NCBI GenBank assembly: GCA_963797555.1 | Contig: CAWCPV010000010.1 | Location: 83,877-147,876 of the forward strand | Source: an uncultured Gammaproteobacteria bacterium | GTDB taxonomy: Bacteria > Pseudomonadota > Gammaproteobacteria > CAWCPV01 | Direction of reading: 5' to 3' | DNA: 64,000 nt | In this document: positions 31,397-40,319 of the stretch, piece by piece | Layout of the letters: every line of letters begins with the position of its first letter | How positions within the stretch are numbered: the first letter of the stretch is position 1 | Position numbers and translations under genes: made by a program | Notes under the pieces: generated by a model | Seen by the model: only the letters and a program-made list of their open reading frames with translations | Told to the model about the DNA's origin: nothing | Database searches by the model: none

Positions 31397-32743
31397 ATGG
31401 GATTCCTAGCCGAGAGCCTCCTTCCAGTGCTGCGGGAGCCGCCCGCCGCGCGCCGCTGCTGGGTGGCGTACAGCGGCGGCGTGGATTCTACGGTCCTGCT
31501 CCACGCACTGGCACAGATGAGACCGCAACTGCCGGGCACGGAGCTGGTTGCGGTCCATGTGGACCACGGGCTGCAGCCCGACTCGGCCGATTGGGCGAGT
31601 CACTGCGTCGGCGTGTGCCGGGCGCTGGGTGTCCCTTGCCACACGCTGCGGGTGCAGGCGAAGGCGCTGCGCGGACAGAGCCCGGAGGCGGCGGCCAGGG
31701 AGGCGCGGTACCGCGCGCTGGCGGATCTGCTGGGCGAGGATCAGATGCTGTGCACCGCGCACCACCAGGATGACCAGGCGGAGACGCTGCTGCTGCAGCT
31801 TCTGCGCGGCGCAGGACCCGCGGGACTGTCCGGTATGGCGCAGCGCAGGCGGTTTGGACGCGGGTGGCTGATTCGCCCACTTCTGGCGTTCACACGTACG
31901 GAGCTACGGGACTTCGCGCGAGCGCGCGGGCTGACGTGGGTGGAGGATACGACGAACTCGACGACCACCCCGGACCGGAACTACCTCCGGCACGAAGTGA
32001 TGCCGGTGCTGCGGGCACGCTGGCCGGGTCTGTCCCGGGTCCTGGCCCGCTCCGCCAAACATTGTGCGGAATGCACACTGCTGGGGGATCGGCTGGCGGA
32101 AAGCGACTTGGCCGCGGTGGCGGCGGCATCCCCGGGGACGCTGGCGGCGGATCGTCTGTTGGCCTTGGATGCCGCACGCCAGCGAAATGTGCTGCGCTTC
32201 TGGCTGCGTGCGCAGGGACTGCCGATGCCCCCGGCGGCGCGGCTGGAGAGCCTGCGCACCGACCTCCTGTCGGCCCGCGCAGACCGAAACCCCGTGGCGC
32301 GGTGGACCGGCGCGGAGGTGCGCCGTTACCAGGGTTGTCTCCATGCCATGGAACCGTTGCCGCCCCATGACCGCGCACAGACACTCGGGTGGGATCTGGA
32401 GCGGCCGCTGGCGCTTCCTCACGGCACGTTGAGCATCACGATGGTACAGGGGGGTGGCCTTGCTGCAGCGCTCCGTGGTCGGGAGCCGGTCACCGTGCGT
32501 TTCCGGTGCGGCGGTGAACGGTGCAGGCCCGCCGGCCGTCGCCACGCCTGGGACCTGAAACGTCTCCTGCAGGAGAGTGGCATCCCGCCCTGGGAACGCG
32601 ACCGGATACCGCTGGTATACCTGGGCCGTGCCCTCGCGGCTGTGGGCGATCTGTGGGTATGCGAGCCCTTTGCTGCACGGGCTTCCGAACAGGGGCTGGT
32701 CCTGTCGTGGCGTCCACGAAACAGGTCCAGGGAGCTGCGGTGA
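31397..32743 (+). CDS. tilS: tRNA(Ile)-lysidine synthetase
   Basis: AYSGGVDS, HVDHGLQ, EAAAREARY, TAHHQDDQAET, RNYLRH, PPWER. Confidence 0.96.
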   Translation: MGFLAESLLPVLREPPAARRCWVAYSGGVDSTVLLHALAQMRPQLPGTELVAVHVDHGLQPDSADWASHCVGVCRALGVPCHTLRVQAKALRGQSPEAAAREARYRALADLLGEDQMLCTAHHQDDQAETLLLQLLRGAGPAGLSGMAQRRRFGRGWLIRPLLAFTRTELRDFARARGLTWVEDTTNSTTTPDRNYLRHEVMPVLRARWPGLSRVLARSAKHCAECTLLGDRLAESDLAAVAAASPGTLAADRLLALDAARQRNVLRFWLRAQGLPMPPAARLESLRTDLLSARADRNPVARWTGAEVRRYQGCLHAMEPLPPHDRAQTLGWDLERPLALPHGTLSITMVQGGGLAAALRGREPVTVRFRCGGERCRPAGRRHAWDLKRLLQESGIPPWERDRIPLVYLGRALAAVGDLWVCEPFAARASEQGLVLSWRPRNRSRELR

Positions 32744-32825
32744 CGCGCGGCACGCCGGAAGCGCCGCTTGACTGGCGGTCGCCGCGACGGCACATCGGTT
32801 GCCAACCCGCGCCCCCCGCGGGAGC

Positions 32826-33237
32826 CTATTCGGCCTCTTTAGCGCCCTTTCCGGATACCTCGGACTGCAGCGAGTCCAGCCGTTTGTCCATCTGTTGGAG
32901 CAGCGCCTCCAGGGTGGCCATACGCTCCTCGATCTGGCTCATTTGAGCGGGAGGGCCGGGCATTTGCCTCATCCCGCGGCCATGCATCATCATCTGCGGC
33001 CGGGCCATCATGGGCCCGGGCACCATCCTGCCCATGGCTCGCCCGCAAGGGGCTCGACCTCGGCCGGGGGTCGCAGCTGCGGCGGGACCCTCGGACTGTG
33101 CGGTCGGCGTTTGCGGGGCTGCTGCGGTCTCCGCCGCTGGCTCCGCCTGCGGGGCGGCAGCTTCTGCCGCTTGAGAGAATGGGCACCGCTCCTGGCCAGG
33201 CGAGGGAAACGCCTATAATCAAGCTCGCAAGCTTCAT
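32826..33237 (-). CDS. Exported Ala/Pro- and Met-rich coiled-coil protein, frameshift near 33182
   Basis: RBS CAGGAG before ATG 33237; signal-like MKLASLIIGVSLA. After a 1-nt shift the frame reads SQAAEAAAPQAEP...MGRMVPGPMMARPQMMMHGRGMRQM...IEERMATLEALLQQM to the stop at 32826. Confidence 0.6.
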
Positions 33238-33511
33238 CGCAATCTCCTGGTTTGGGTTTGGAGGGGTGCAGCCGACCCGAGGGCCACGACGAGATCCGCG
33301 CTCGCCTCGGGGCACGACTGGCCCTGACGACACGGTTTGCACGTGGGGCTGCCACGCACTATATGCACCAACCGCGGCACAAGATCAAGGCTGCTTCTCG
33401 GCGCGTTCCGGGGAGGCTATTCCGCAGTGGGCGGCCGCCCGAGGAGGCGAGCGTGAGGATCGGCTCGCAACGGGGAGCAGTTACGACGCAACGCTCCGAG
33501 GCTGGAGCGAA

Positions 33512-33802
33512 ATGAGTAGCCGGCGACCTGTCACGGCGCTGCTGATGGCCCTGCTGGGCACGCGGGCACTGGCGGGGGAAATCCCGTTCAGCGCTTACAA
33601 GTTCCTCGATCCGGAAATGGACGAGGCGGAGGTGTTGCTGCGGGTCGGGCCGCCGGACCATGCAGACGTTCTGGAGAACGTATTCGGGGCCAACTCGGGC
33701 GAGAAGTGGTCGTATATCCCGGATCGGCCCCACGGGTGGCTCACCATCATTTGGCTGGATGCGTTCGGCCGGGTGCTGCACATCGAGCGGACCGGGCCCT
33801 GA
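33512..33802 (+). CDS. Small exported protein, BamE/SmpA/DUF2845-like fold
   Basis: Signal peptide ending ALA; MDEAEVLLRVGPPD...WSY...GRVLHIER pattern; GGAG RBS. Confidence 0.65.
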   Translation: MSSRRPVTALLMALLGTRALAGEIPFSAYKFLDPEMDEAEVLLRVGPPDHADVLENVFGANSGEKWSYIPDRPHGWLTIIWLDAFGRVLHIERTGP

Positions 33803-33884
33803 GCACCTGTCGCCCATCCGTGTCCGGCTGCCAGGGCGGTCGCCAGGGCGCCTCGGGGCTGCCGAAGGAATCCGAAAGACCAAC

Positions 33885-36725
33885 ATGTCACCACCGATGG
33901 TCAGCAACGAAGCGCCTGGGAACCCGCATGAGGCGACCGCGCGCGAGGTGCTCGGGATCGCGCAGCGGCTCGCGGACGAGCTGCACGCACGCGGGGAGCC
34001 AGGCAGGCGGCTTTCCCTGGATAGCTCCCTGGACCGCGACGCGGGCCTGGACAGCCTGGCCAGGATGGAGCTCACCCTGCGCCTGGAACGCACGTTCGAG
34101 GTCAAGCTGCCCGAGGACCTGTTTGCAGCCGCGGAGACCCCACGAGACTTGGCGCAGGCCATCCTGGAAGCCAGCGCCGGCAGCGGCGGCGTCGCGCCCC
34201 CGAGGGCGGCGGAAGCGCCGCTGCCGGAGGCCGACGCACTGCCGGGGGAGGTGGGCAGCTTGGTGGGGGTCCTGAGCTGGCACGTGCAGCGCCATCCCGA
34301 CAGACCGCACATCCACCTTTACGGCGAGGCCGGGCGAGAGCATCAAATCACCTATGCCGACCTGTGGCGCGCTGCCAGCACAGCCGCGGCCGGTTTGCAG
34401 AAGCGGGACGTCAACCCTGGTCAGGCGGTCGCCATCATGCTCCCAACCGGTCCGGGCTTCTTCCATGCCTTCTTCGCTGCACTGCTGGTCGGTGCGGTGC
34501 CGGTCCCGATTTACCCGCCGGTGCGTCTTTCCCAGATCGAGGAACATGTGCGGCGCCAGGCGGGCATCCTGAGCAACGCCCAGGCACGTATCCTCATTAG
34601 CGACGAATCCGTGCGCCAGGCCGCACGCCTGCTCCGTCTGCAGGTTGCGGGTCTGCGTGCCGTGGTGACGGTCGCCGAGCTGTCTGAGGCCGGCGCGGCC
34701 TCCGCCCTGCCCGTAATCCATCCCAGCGACACGGCCTTGCTCCAGTACACCTCCGGGAGCACCGGCAACCCGAAGGGCGTGGTCCTGACGCATGCTAACC
34801 TCTTGGCGAACATCAGGGCCATGGGGAAGGCGGCGCAGGCCCGCTCCACCGATGTGTTCGTGAGCTGGTTGCCCCTTTATCACGACATGGGTCTCATCGG
34901 TGCTTGGCTTGGCAGTCTCTATCATGCGGCCTTGTTCGTTTGTATGTCCCCATTGCGGTTCCTCGGCCGCCCCGAACATTGGCTATGGGCCATCCACCGT
35001 CACCGCGGCACGCTTTCCGCCGCGCCCAACTTCGGCTACGAGCTGTGTGTGCGCCGCATCGAAGACGCGGCTCTCGAGGGGCTGGACCTCAGCTCCTGGC
35101 GCCTCGCATTCAACGGCGCGGAGTCCGTGAGCCCGGACACTCTCACCCAATTCGCTCGCCGCTTCGAGAAGTACGGCCTGCTCCCGGAAGCGATGGCGCC
35201 GGTCTATGGCCTGGCCGAGTCGTCCGTCGGACTGGCCTTCCCTCCCCTTGGGCGCAAGCCGCTGATAGACCGCATCCAGCGCACCCCCTTCACGCGCCGT
35301 GGTGAGGCCATTCCAGCGGCCGAGGACGAGCCCGATCCACTGCGTTTCGTAGCCTGCGGCCAGCCCCTGGCCGGTCACGAGATTCGCATCGTGGATGCGG
35401 CGGGAAGGGAGCTGGGCGATCGTCGCGAGGGCCGGCTGGAGTTCCGCGGACCCTCCGCGGCCTCGGGCTATTACCGTAACCCTGGGGCGACACGCCGGCT
35501 GGTTCGTCACGGCTGGTTCGACTCCGGCGACATGGCTTACGTCGCCGAGGGGGAGGTGTACATCACGGGGCGCGCCAAGGACCTCATTATCCGCGCGGGG
35601 CGCAACCTCTACCCTTTCGAGCTGGAGGAAGCGGTAGGGAACCTCCCGGGAATCCGCAAGGGATGTGTGGCCGTCTTCGCGAGCAAGGACGAGCGCAGCG
35701 GTACGGAGCGACTGGTCATCCTGGCGGAGACGCGCGAAACGGACCCCGCCACCCGCGAGCCTCTCCGGGCGCAAATCCAGGACCTCGCCGTCGAATTGGC
35801 CGGAACGCCGGCCGACGACATCGTCCTGGCTGCCCCGCACACGGTGCTGAAGACCTCCAGCGGCAAGATCCGCCGCGCGGCGAGCCGCGAGTTATACGAA
35901 CGGGGAGGCGCCGTGCATCGTGCAGTGTGGTGGCAGCTCCTGCGCCTCGCTCTCGGCAGCTTCCTGCCCCGCTGGCGTCGCGCTCAGCGGCTCATCTCCG
36001 ACGGCCTTTACGCGGCCTACCTCTGGGGGGTGTTCTGGATCTTGACACCCCCGGTGTGGCTCGTTGTCGCCGTGCTCCCCCGCCCGCCTTGGGCTCAGCG
36101 TGCCTTGCGCGCAGCCGCCCGCCTCGCGCTGTGGCTGTCCTGTGCCGCCCTTCGGGTGCGCGGCCTGGACCGCCTGCCGCGCCAGGGCGGCTACGTGATG
36201 GTCGCCAACCACGCTAGCTACCTGGACGGAATAGTGTTATCCGCCGCGCTGCCCGTGGCCTTCAGCTTCGTCGCCAAGAAGGAGCTGGAGCGCAGCTTCG
36301 TCTCGCGCATCTTCCTGCAGCATATCGGCAGCCGGTTCGTCGAGCGCTTCGACCCCCGCCAAGGAGTGGAGGACGCATCGCGGGTGCTGGATGTGATCCA
36401 CGGCGGCACGCCCGTGCTGTTTTTCCCAGAGGGGACTTTTCTGCGCATGCCGGGACTGCTCCCTTTTCACATGGGGGCATTCGCTGCGGCGGCGGACCAG
36501 AACGTGCCCGTGCTGCCCGTTGCGCTCAAGGGGACGCGCTCCATGCTGCGTTCCGGACAGTGGTTTCCGCGTCGATCCGCGCTGACGGTGACCATCGGCC
36601 AGCCCCTCTTCCCGGAGGGCTCCGACTGGTCGGCCGCGGTGAAGCTCCGGGACGCGGCGCGGAGCGAGATCCTCAAGTACTGCGGTGAGCCCGAGCTGCG
36701 CGGGGGCGGGGGAAACACGTGGTGA
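33885..36725 (+). CDS. ACP - fatty acyl-AMP ligase - acyltransferase trifunctional protein
   Basis: GLDSL phosphopantetheine site; LQYTSGSTGNPKGV, SWLPLYHDMGLIG, YGLAE, GRAKD, KTSSGKIRR; PlsC motifs NHASYLD and FFPEGT. Confidence 0.9.
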   Translation: MSPPMVSNEAPGNPHEATAREVLGIAQRLADELHARGEPGRRLSLDSSLDRDAGLDSLARMELTLRLERTFEVKLPEDLFAAAETPRDLAQAILEASAGSGGVAPPRAAEAPLPEADALPGEVGSLVGVLSWHVQRHPDRPHIHLYGEAGREHQITYADLWRAASTAAAGLQKRDVNPGQAVAIMLPTGPGFFHAFFAALLVGAVPVPIYPPVRLSQIEEHVRRQAGILSNAQARILISDESVRQAARLLRLQVAGLRAVVTVAELSEAGAASALPVIHPSDTALLQYTSGSTGNPKGVVLTHANLLANIRAMGKAAQARSTDVFVSWLPLYHDMGLIGAWLGSLYHAALFVCMSPLRFLGRPEHWLWAIHRHRGTLSAAPNFGYELCVRRIEDAALEGLDLSSWRLAFNGAESVSPDTLTQFARRFEKYGLLPEAMAPVYGLAESSVGLAFPPLGRKPLIDRIQRTPFTRRGEAIPAAEDEPDPLRFVACGQPLAGHEIRIVDAAGRELGDRREGRLEFRGPSAASGYYRNPGATRRLVRHGWFDSGDMAYVAEGEVYITGRAKDLIIRAGRNLYPFELEEAVGNLPGIRKGCVAVFASKDERSGTERLVILAETRETDPATREPLRAQIQDLAVELAGTPADDIVLAAPHTVLKTSSGKIRRAASRELYERGGAVHRAVWWQLLRLALGSFLPRWRRAQRLISDGLYAAYLWGVFWILTPPVWLVVAVLPRPPWAQRALRAAARLALWLSCAALRVRGLDRLPRQGGYVMVANHASYLDGIVLSAALPVAFSFVAKKELERSFVSRIFLQHIGSRFVERFDPRQGVEDASRVLDVIHGGTPVLFFPEGTFLRMPGLLPFHMGAFAAAADQNVPVLPVALKGTRSMLRSGQWFPRRSALTVTIGQPLFPEGSDWSAAVKLRDAARSEILKYCGEPELRGGGGNTW

Positions 36726-36788
36726 CCCCGTGCAGGTAAAATCCTGCGCGGAAGGGCCGGCGCCACGCGACAAGGGAGGGCTGAGGCG

Positions 36789-38999
36789 ATGAGCAGGCAG
36801 ATGCCGACGGCGGCGGGCTACGACTCCCCGGTCTCCCACCGCGAGGAGGACCTGCTGGACCGATGGCGATTCGCGTCCGAGCTGCTCGAGCTGGTGCGCG
36901 ACGCCCCGGAAGAGTGGTCGGTGCGGGTCGGGGTGTACGGGCAGTGGGGGGAGGGCAAGACCAGCGTGCTCAAATTCCTGGAGAGCATGGCGTTCGGCGA
37001 GGGCCACATCGTCATCTGGTTCAATCCCTGGGCAGCCCGCGATCGCAACGAGCTGTGGCTCGAGTTCGTGACGCGTCTGGTGGAGCGGCTCGAGGAGGCG
37101 AAGATCGTGGTGGACGGCGTGTTCAAGCCACGGTGGAAGACGGCGTGGCATAGACTCCTCGAACCGTTCGTGGAGCTGCGCGAGCGTCCGGCGGATTTCC
37201 AGGACTTCGCCCGGACCGCCCTCGGCGGCAGTCTCTCGCTGGTAGGCAATATCCTGCGCATCGATGGCGGGACCCTGAAGAACATCCGCGCGGCCCTCGG
37301 CGACAAGCGCGTCATCGTCATCGTGGACGACCTCGATCGGGCCGACCCGCGGCTCATTCCCCATCTGCTGCTGACGTTGCGTGAGGTGCTCGACATTCCC
37401 GGCTTCTCCTTCGTTCTGGCCTTCGACGCCGAGATGGTGGCCCGCGCGCTCAGCGACTACCACACCGCCTGGGCGACGGGGTTCGAGTTCCTGGAGAAGA
37501 TCATCGACTTCCCCATGTACCTGCCGCCCTTATCGGCATCTCAGCGCAAGCGGCTGCTGCTCAAGGAGCTGGGGCACTGCTGCGCATTCGTGGATTCCGC
37601 GGTGCTCGACGAGGTCGATGATCTGCTTCCCTATAACCCCCGCAAGCTCAAACTGCTGCTGCGCAGCTTATCGCTGCTGAGGAGTCAGGTAGAGCGTCAC
37701 GACGCAGACGAGCTGGATTGGGTCTCCATCCTGATTTCCCAGCTCATCAAGCTGGAATCCGAGGCATTCCTGAAGCAGTTCGTCGCCGACCCGCTCTGCG
37801 AGGAGATGGTCATCTTAGGGAGACATCGTACCCCTGGGGACGAGCCGGCGGCAGAGGCGGCCGCGCAGGCGTTGGACGCGTTTCTGGACGGTCTGGACAT
37901 CCGAGATGGCGGCCGCCGCTCGCGTCTCAAGAACCTCATCGCGGCGTGGGAGACGCGCAATGCGCTGGAATCCGTAGAGGCGCTGCGTTATCAAGTGCAG
38001 CTCACGGATCGACCCCACGCGGTGACCTGGAAAGAGTTCCGCGGCTTCTTCCTGAATCACTGGAAGCCCGAAAAACGGGTCTCGGACGTTGACTCCTGGG
38101 TGACCAGCCAGGCGACGCACCGCTCCACTTCAGAGGCGGAAGTGGCCGCGCAGCTTTACGATACCGCGCTCATGTACCGGGAAGATGCGCTCCTGCGCGC
38201 TGCGGAGTCCACCGAGCTGAACGAGCAGGAGGAGGCCCTTAGCGACGCCGCCACCTGCCTGGACTTGATCCAGGCGCTGTGGACGGAGGGGATCGAGTGC
38301 GTCGGGGATGCGTTCTTTGCCACCGCCGACAATCTCGAGGCCGTCCTCGACATGGCCGAGCGTTGGCTTGCCGTGCACGAGGGCCCTGGCGAGGTCGCGA
38401 GCCGGGAGCAGGAACGCAGGCTCCTGGTCCGCTGCGTGAGCATGGAGCCCCTCGATCCGGCACCCCTGTTGGAGGCGATCCGACCGTGGCACGGAATGGG
38501 CTTGTCCCCGGCGGCCGCTAACCTCAGGGAGGAACTGGCGGCGTGCCTGGAACCCCGCGTCGCCCGTGAGGTGCTTAACCTCTTCGGTCAGAAAGCTGGA
38601 CTGTCCCGATTACGCGAGGCCGGCAAGAAACAGGCATACAAGTATGTGCTGCTGCGTCTTTCCAGTCCGTTGTGGATGGTTCCCTTGCGCGATCGGTTAT
38701 TCGACCTCTTTGCCCAGGCAGGCCGTGACACCGTGGTCCACAAGAACTGCCTGGATCTGCTCGCGCTTCTGTGCGATGCCAGTCGGGGCGCGGTCGAGAT
38801 GGTGGTACCGGATCAGATTCGGGATCTGCTCGCCGCCCGGGGGGTCATAGATACCCTCTGGCAGGCGGTCGTAGCGCGCAAGGTACGGGCCCGGGCGGCG
38901 GAGGCCATTCTTCGACGGCGGGAGTGCTTGCAAGCGATGGGGGTGCCTGACGCGTCCATGTCCCTGCCTCCGTGGCTCAGCCGTTATGCCGGCGCATGA
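36789..38999 (+). CDS. KAP family P-loop NTPase with long helical C-terminal region
   Basis: DLLDR, Walker A GQWGEGKTS, FNPW, Walker B VIVDDLDR, FVLAFD, EFLEKII, NPRKLK. Confidence 0.85.
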   Translation: MSRQMPTAAGYDSPVSHREEDLLDRWRFASELLELVRDAPEEWSVRVGVYGQWGEGKTSVLKFLESMAFGEGHIVIWFNPWAARDRNELWLEFVTRLVERLEEAKIVVDGVFKPRWKTAWHRLLEPFVELRERPADFQDFARTALGGSLSLVGNILRIDGGTLKNIRAALGDKRVIVIVDDLDRADPRLIPHLLLTLREVLDIPGFSFVLAFDAEMVARALSDYHTAWATGFEFLEKIIDFPMYLPPLSASQRKRLLLKELGHCCAFVDSAVLDEVDDLLPYNPRKLKLLLRSLSLLRSQVERHDADELDWVSILISQLIKLESEAFLKQFVADPLCEEMVILGRHRTPGDEPAAEAAAQALDAFLDGLDIRDGGRRSRLKNLIAAWETRNALESVEALRYQVQLTDRPHAVTWKEFRGFFLNHWKPEKRVSDVDSWVTSQATHRSTSEAEVAAQLYDTALMYREDALLRAAESTELNEQEEALSDAATCLDLIQALWTEGIECVGDAFFATADNLEAVLDMAERWLAVHEGPGEVASREQERRLLVRCVSMEPLDPAPLLEAIRPWHGMGLSPAAANLREELAACLEPRVAREVLNLFGQKAGLSRLREAGKKQAYKYVLLRLSSPLWMVPLRDRLFDLFAQAGRDTVVHKNCLDLLALLCDASRGAVEMVVPDQIRDLLAARGVIDTLWQAVVARKVRARAAEAILRRRECLQAMGVPDASMSLPPWLSRYAGA

Positions 39000-39211
39000 G
39001 ATCGCGGCGGGCGCGTCGAGCGGGTGATCGTTGGCAGGTCCGGGAGCCGCCATGTTGGCGCGACGTGAGAGGTCCCCTGCCGAGGAAGCGCTGGAAGGGG
39101 GTCTGTCCACCGCCCGAGTGGACTTGGAGGAGGCAGCCGCGCGGTCTATCGAAGGTTAGGATGCACTGGTCGAGCGCGTTGGCGTCGCAGCGACAATGAG
39201 AGGTGGGACGG

Positions 39212-39589
39212 ATGAGGCGTATGCAAGACTTGCTGAGGGAGTGGGAGCGCTCGGGTACGACGCCGCTGACTGCCAGGGAATATGCCGTGCGTCTGCCCAT
39301 GCACGACGCTGCCAGACTTTGCGCCCTGGCGGAGATGTACCCCGGGAGAACCCCGGTGCAGATCATCACCGACCTCCTGTCGTGCGCGCTGGATGAAGTG
39401 GAGCAGGCATTCCCGTATCGCCCTGGGGAGCGCGTCATCGCGGAGGACGAGAACGGCGATCCAATATACGAGGACACTGGTCCTACGCCCCGCTTCCTGG
39501 AGCTGACGCGAAACCACGCCCGCGAGCTGGCCGCGGAGCTGGGGATCGCTGCGCCGCCCGAGGACAGTAGCGGCGCCGCGGAAGAGTGA
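39212..39589 (+). CDS. Conserved small protein, RHH-like pattern (family often annotated 'pilin assembly/type 1 pili tip component')
   Basis: LLREWE..EYAVRLPMHDAARLCALAEMYP..IITDLL..ALDE..PY..G..VIAEDENGDPIYED.GPTPRF recognised from memory of gammaproteobacterial homologues. Confidence 0.65.
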   Translation: MRRMQDLLREWERSGTTPLTAREYAVRLPMHDAARLCALAEMYPGRTPVQIITDLLSCALDEVEQAFPYRPGERVIAEDENGDPIYEDTGPTPRFLELTRNHARELAAELGIAAPPEDSSGAAEE

Positions 39590-39600
39590 CGCGGTTTCCG

Positions 39601-40125
39601 TCAATCGCGCGGGTGTGCCGTGCGCCACCGCCAGGGTGCTTGCTGCAGCCCCGGCCTTGACCAGATGCCGCGGCGTGCTCCCCGCGCCTCGCGTCGCGCG
39701 CGGTAATACGTGCGGTCGCTGTTGTAGCGCTGGTACACAGCGACGTAGCCTTCGCGTACCAGTTGCAGACCAATATCCTGCTCTCGTCGGTAGAGGCGGC
39801 CGACCACGCGCCCGTAGCGATCCCTATCGACGGGCTCCAAGATGACGCGGCCGGCCGCGAGCTGGTGCAAGCGTCGGTAAGCCCGTTCTCCCCAGGGTTC
39901 CTGCCCGAGCTCCGGGGCATCGATCCCCCACAAGCGCACCTCCACGGGAGACCCATCTCGAGGGCCGCAGGTCAAAGTCAGGCTGTCTCCGTCCCGGACG
40001 CGCAGAACCGAACAGGCCTCTCTTGCCGGCAAGCGAGCCTCGCAGTTCCCGAGCAGCGCCAAGCCGAGTACTAGCCCCAGCGCGACTGCGGTGTGGGGTC
40101 GCCGGGGTTGGAGAGACCGCCTCAT
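39601..40125 (-). CDS. Thermonuclease (SNase) family protein
   Basis: DGDSL, VRLWGIDAPE, DRYGR, LVREGY, AR...GIW, PWRWR; N-terminal hydrophobic segment. Confidence 0.9.
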   Translation of the reverse strand: MRRSLQPRRPHTAVALGLVLGLALLGNCEARLPAREACSVLRVRDGDSLTLTCGPRDGSPVEVRLWGIDAPELGQEPWGERAYRRLHQLAAGRVILEPVDRDRYGRVVGRLYRREQDIGLQLVREGYVAVYQRYNSDRTYYRARREARGARRGIWSRPGLQQAPWRWRTAHPRD

Positions 40126-40319
40126 CGTTGCGACACGGAGAAGCGCCCGGCCTCGGTGGGTGACGGGGGCGCAGCCGCTCTGCTGGAAGTTCAGGGACGC
40201 GGGGACGTTGATGAGGCGCATGCTAAGATTGTACCCGGGGATTGCGGAACCTGGGGGGCCGCGGACAGCAGTTGGGGCCGACTCCGGGGGAGGGCTAGCG
40301 CGCCACAGCGCCGTAACTC

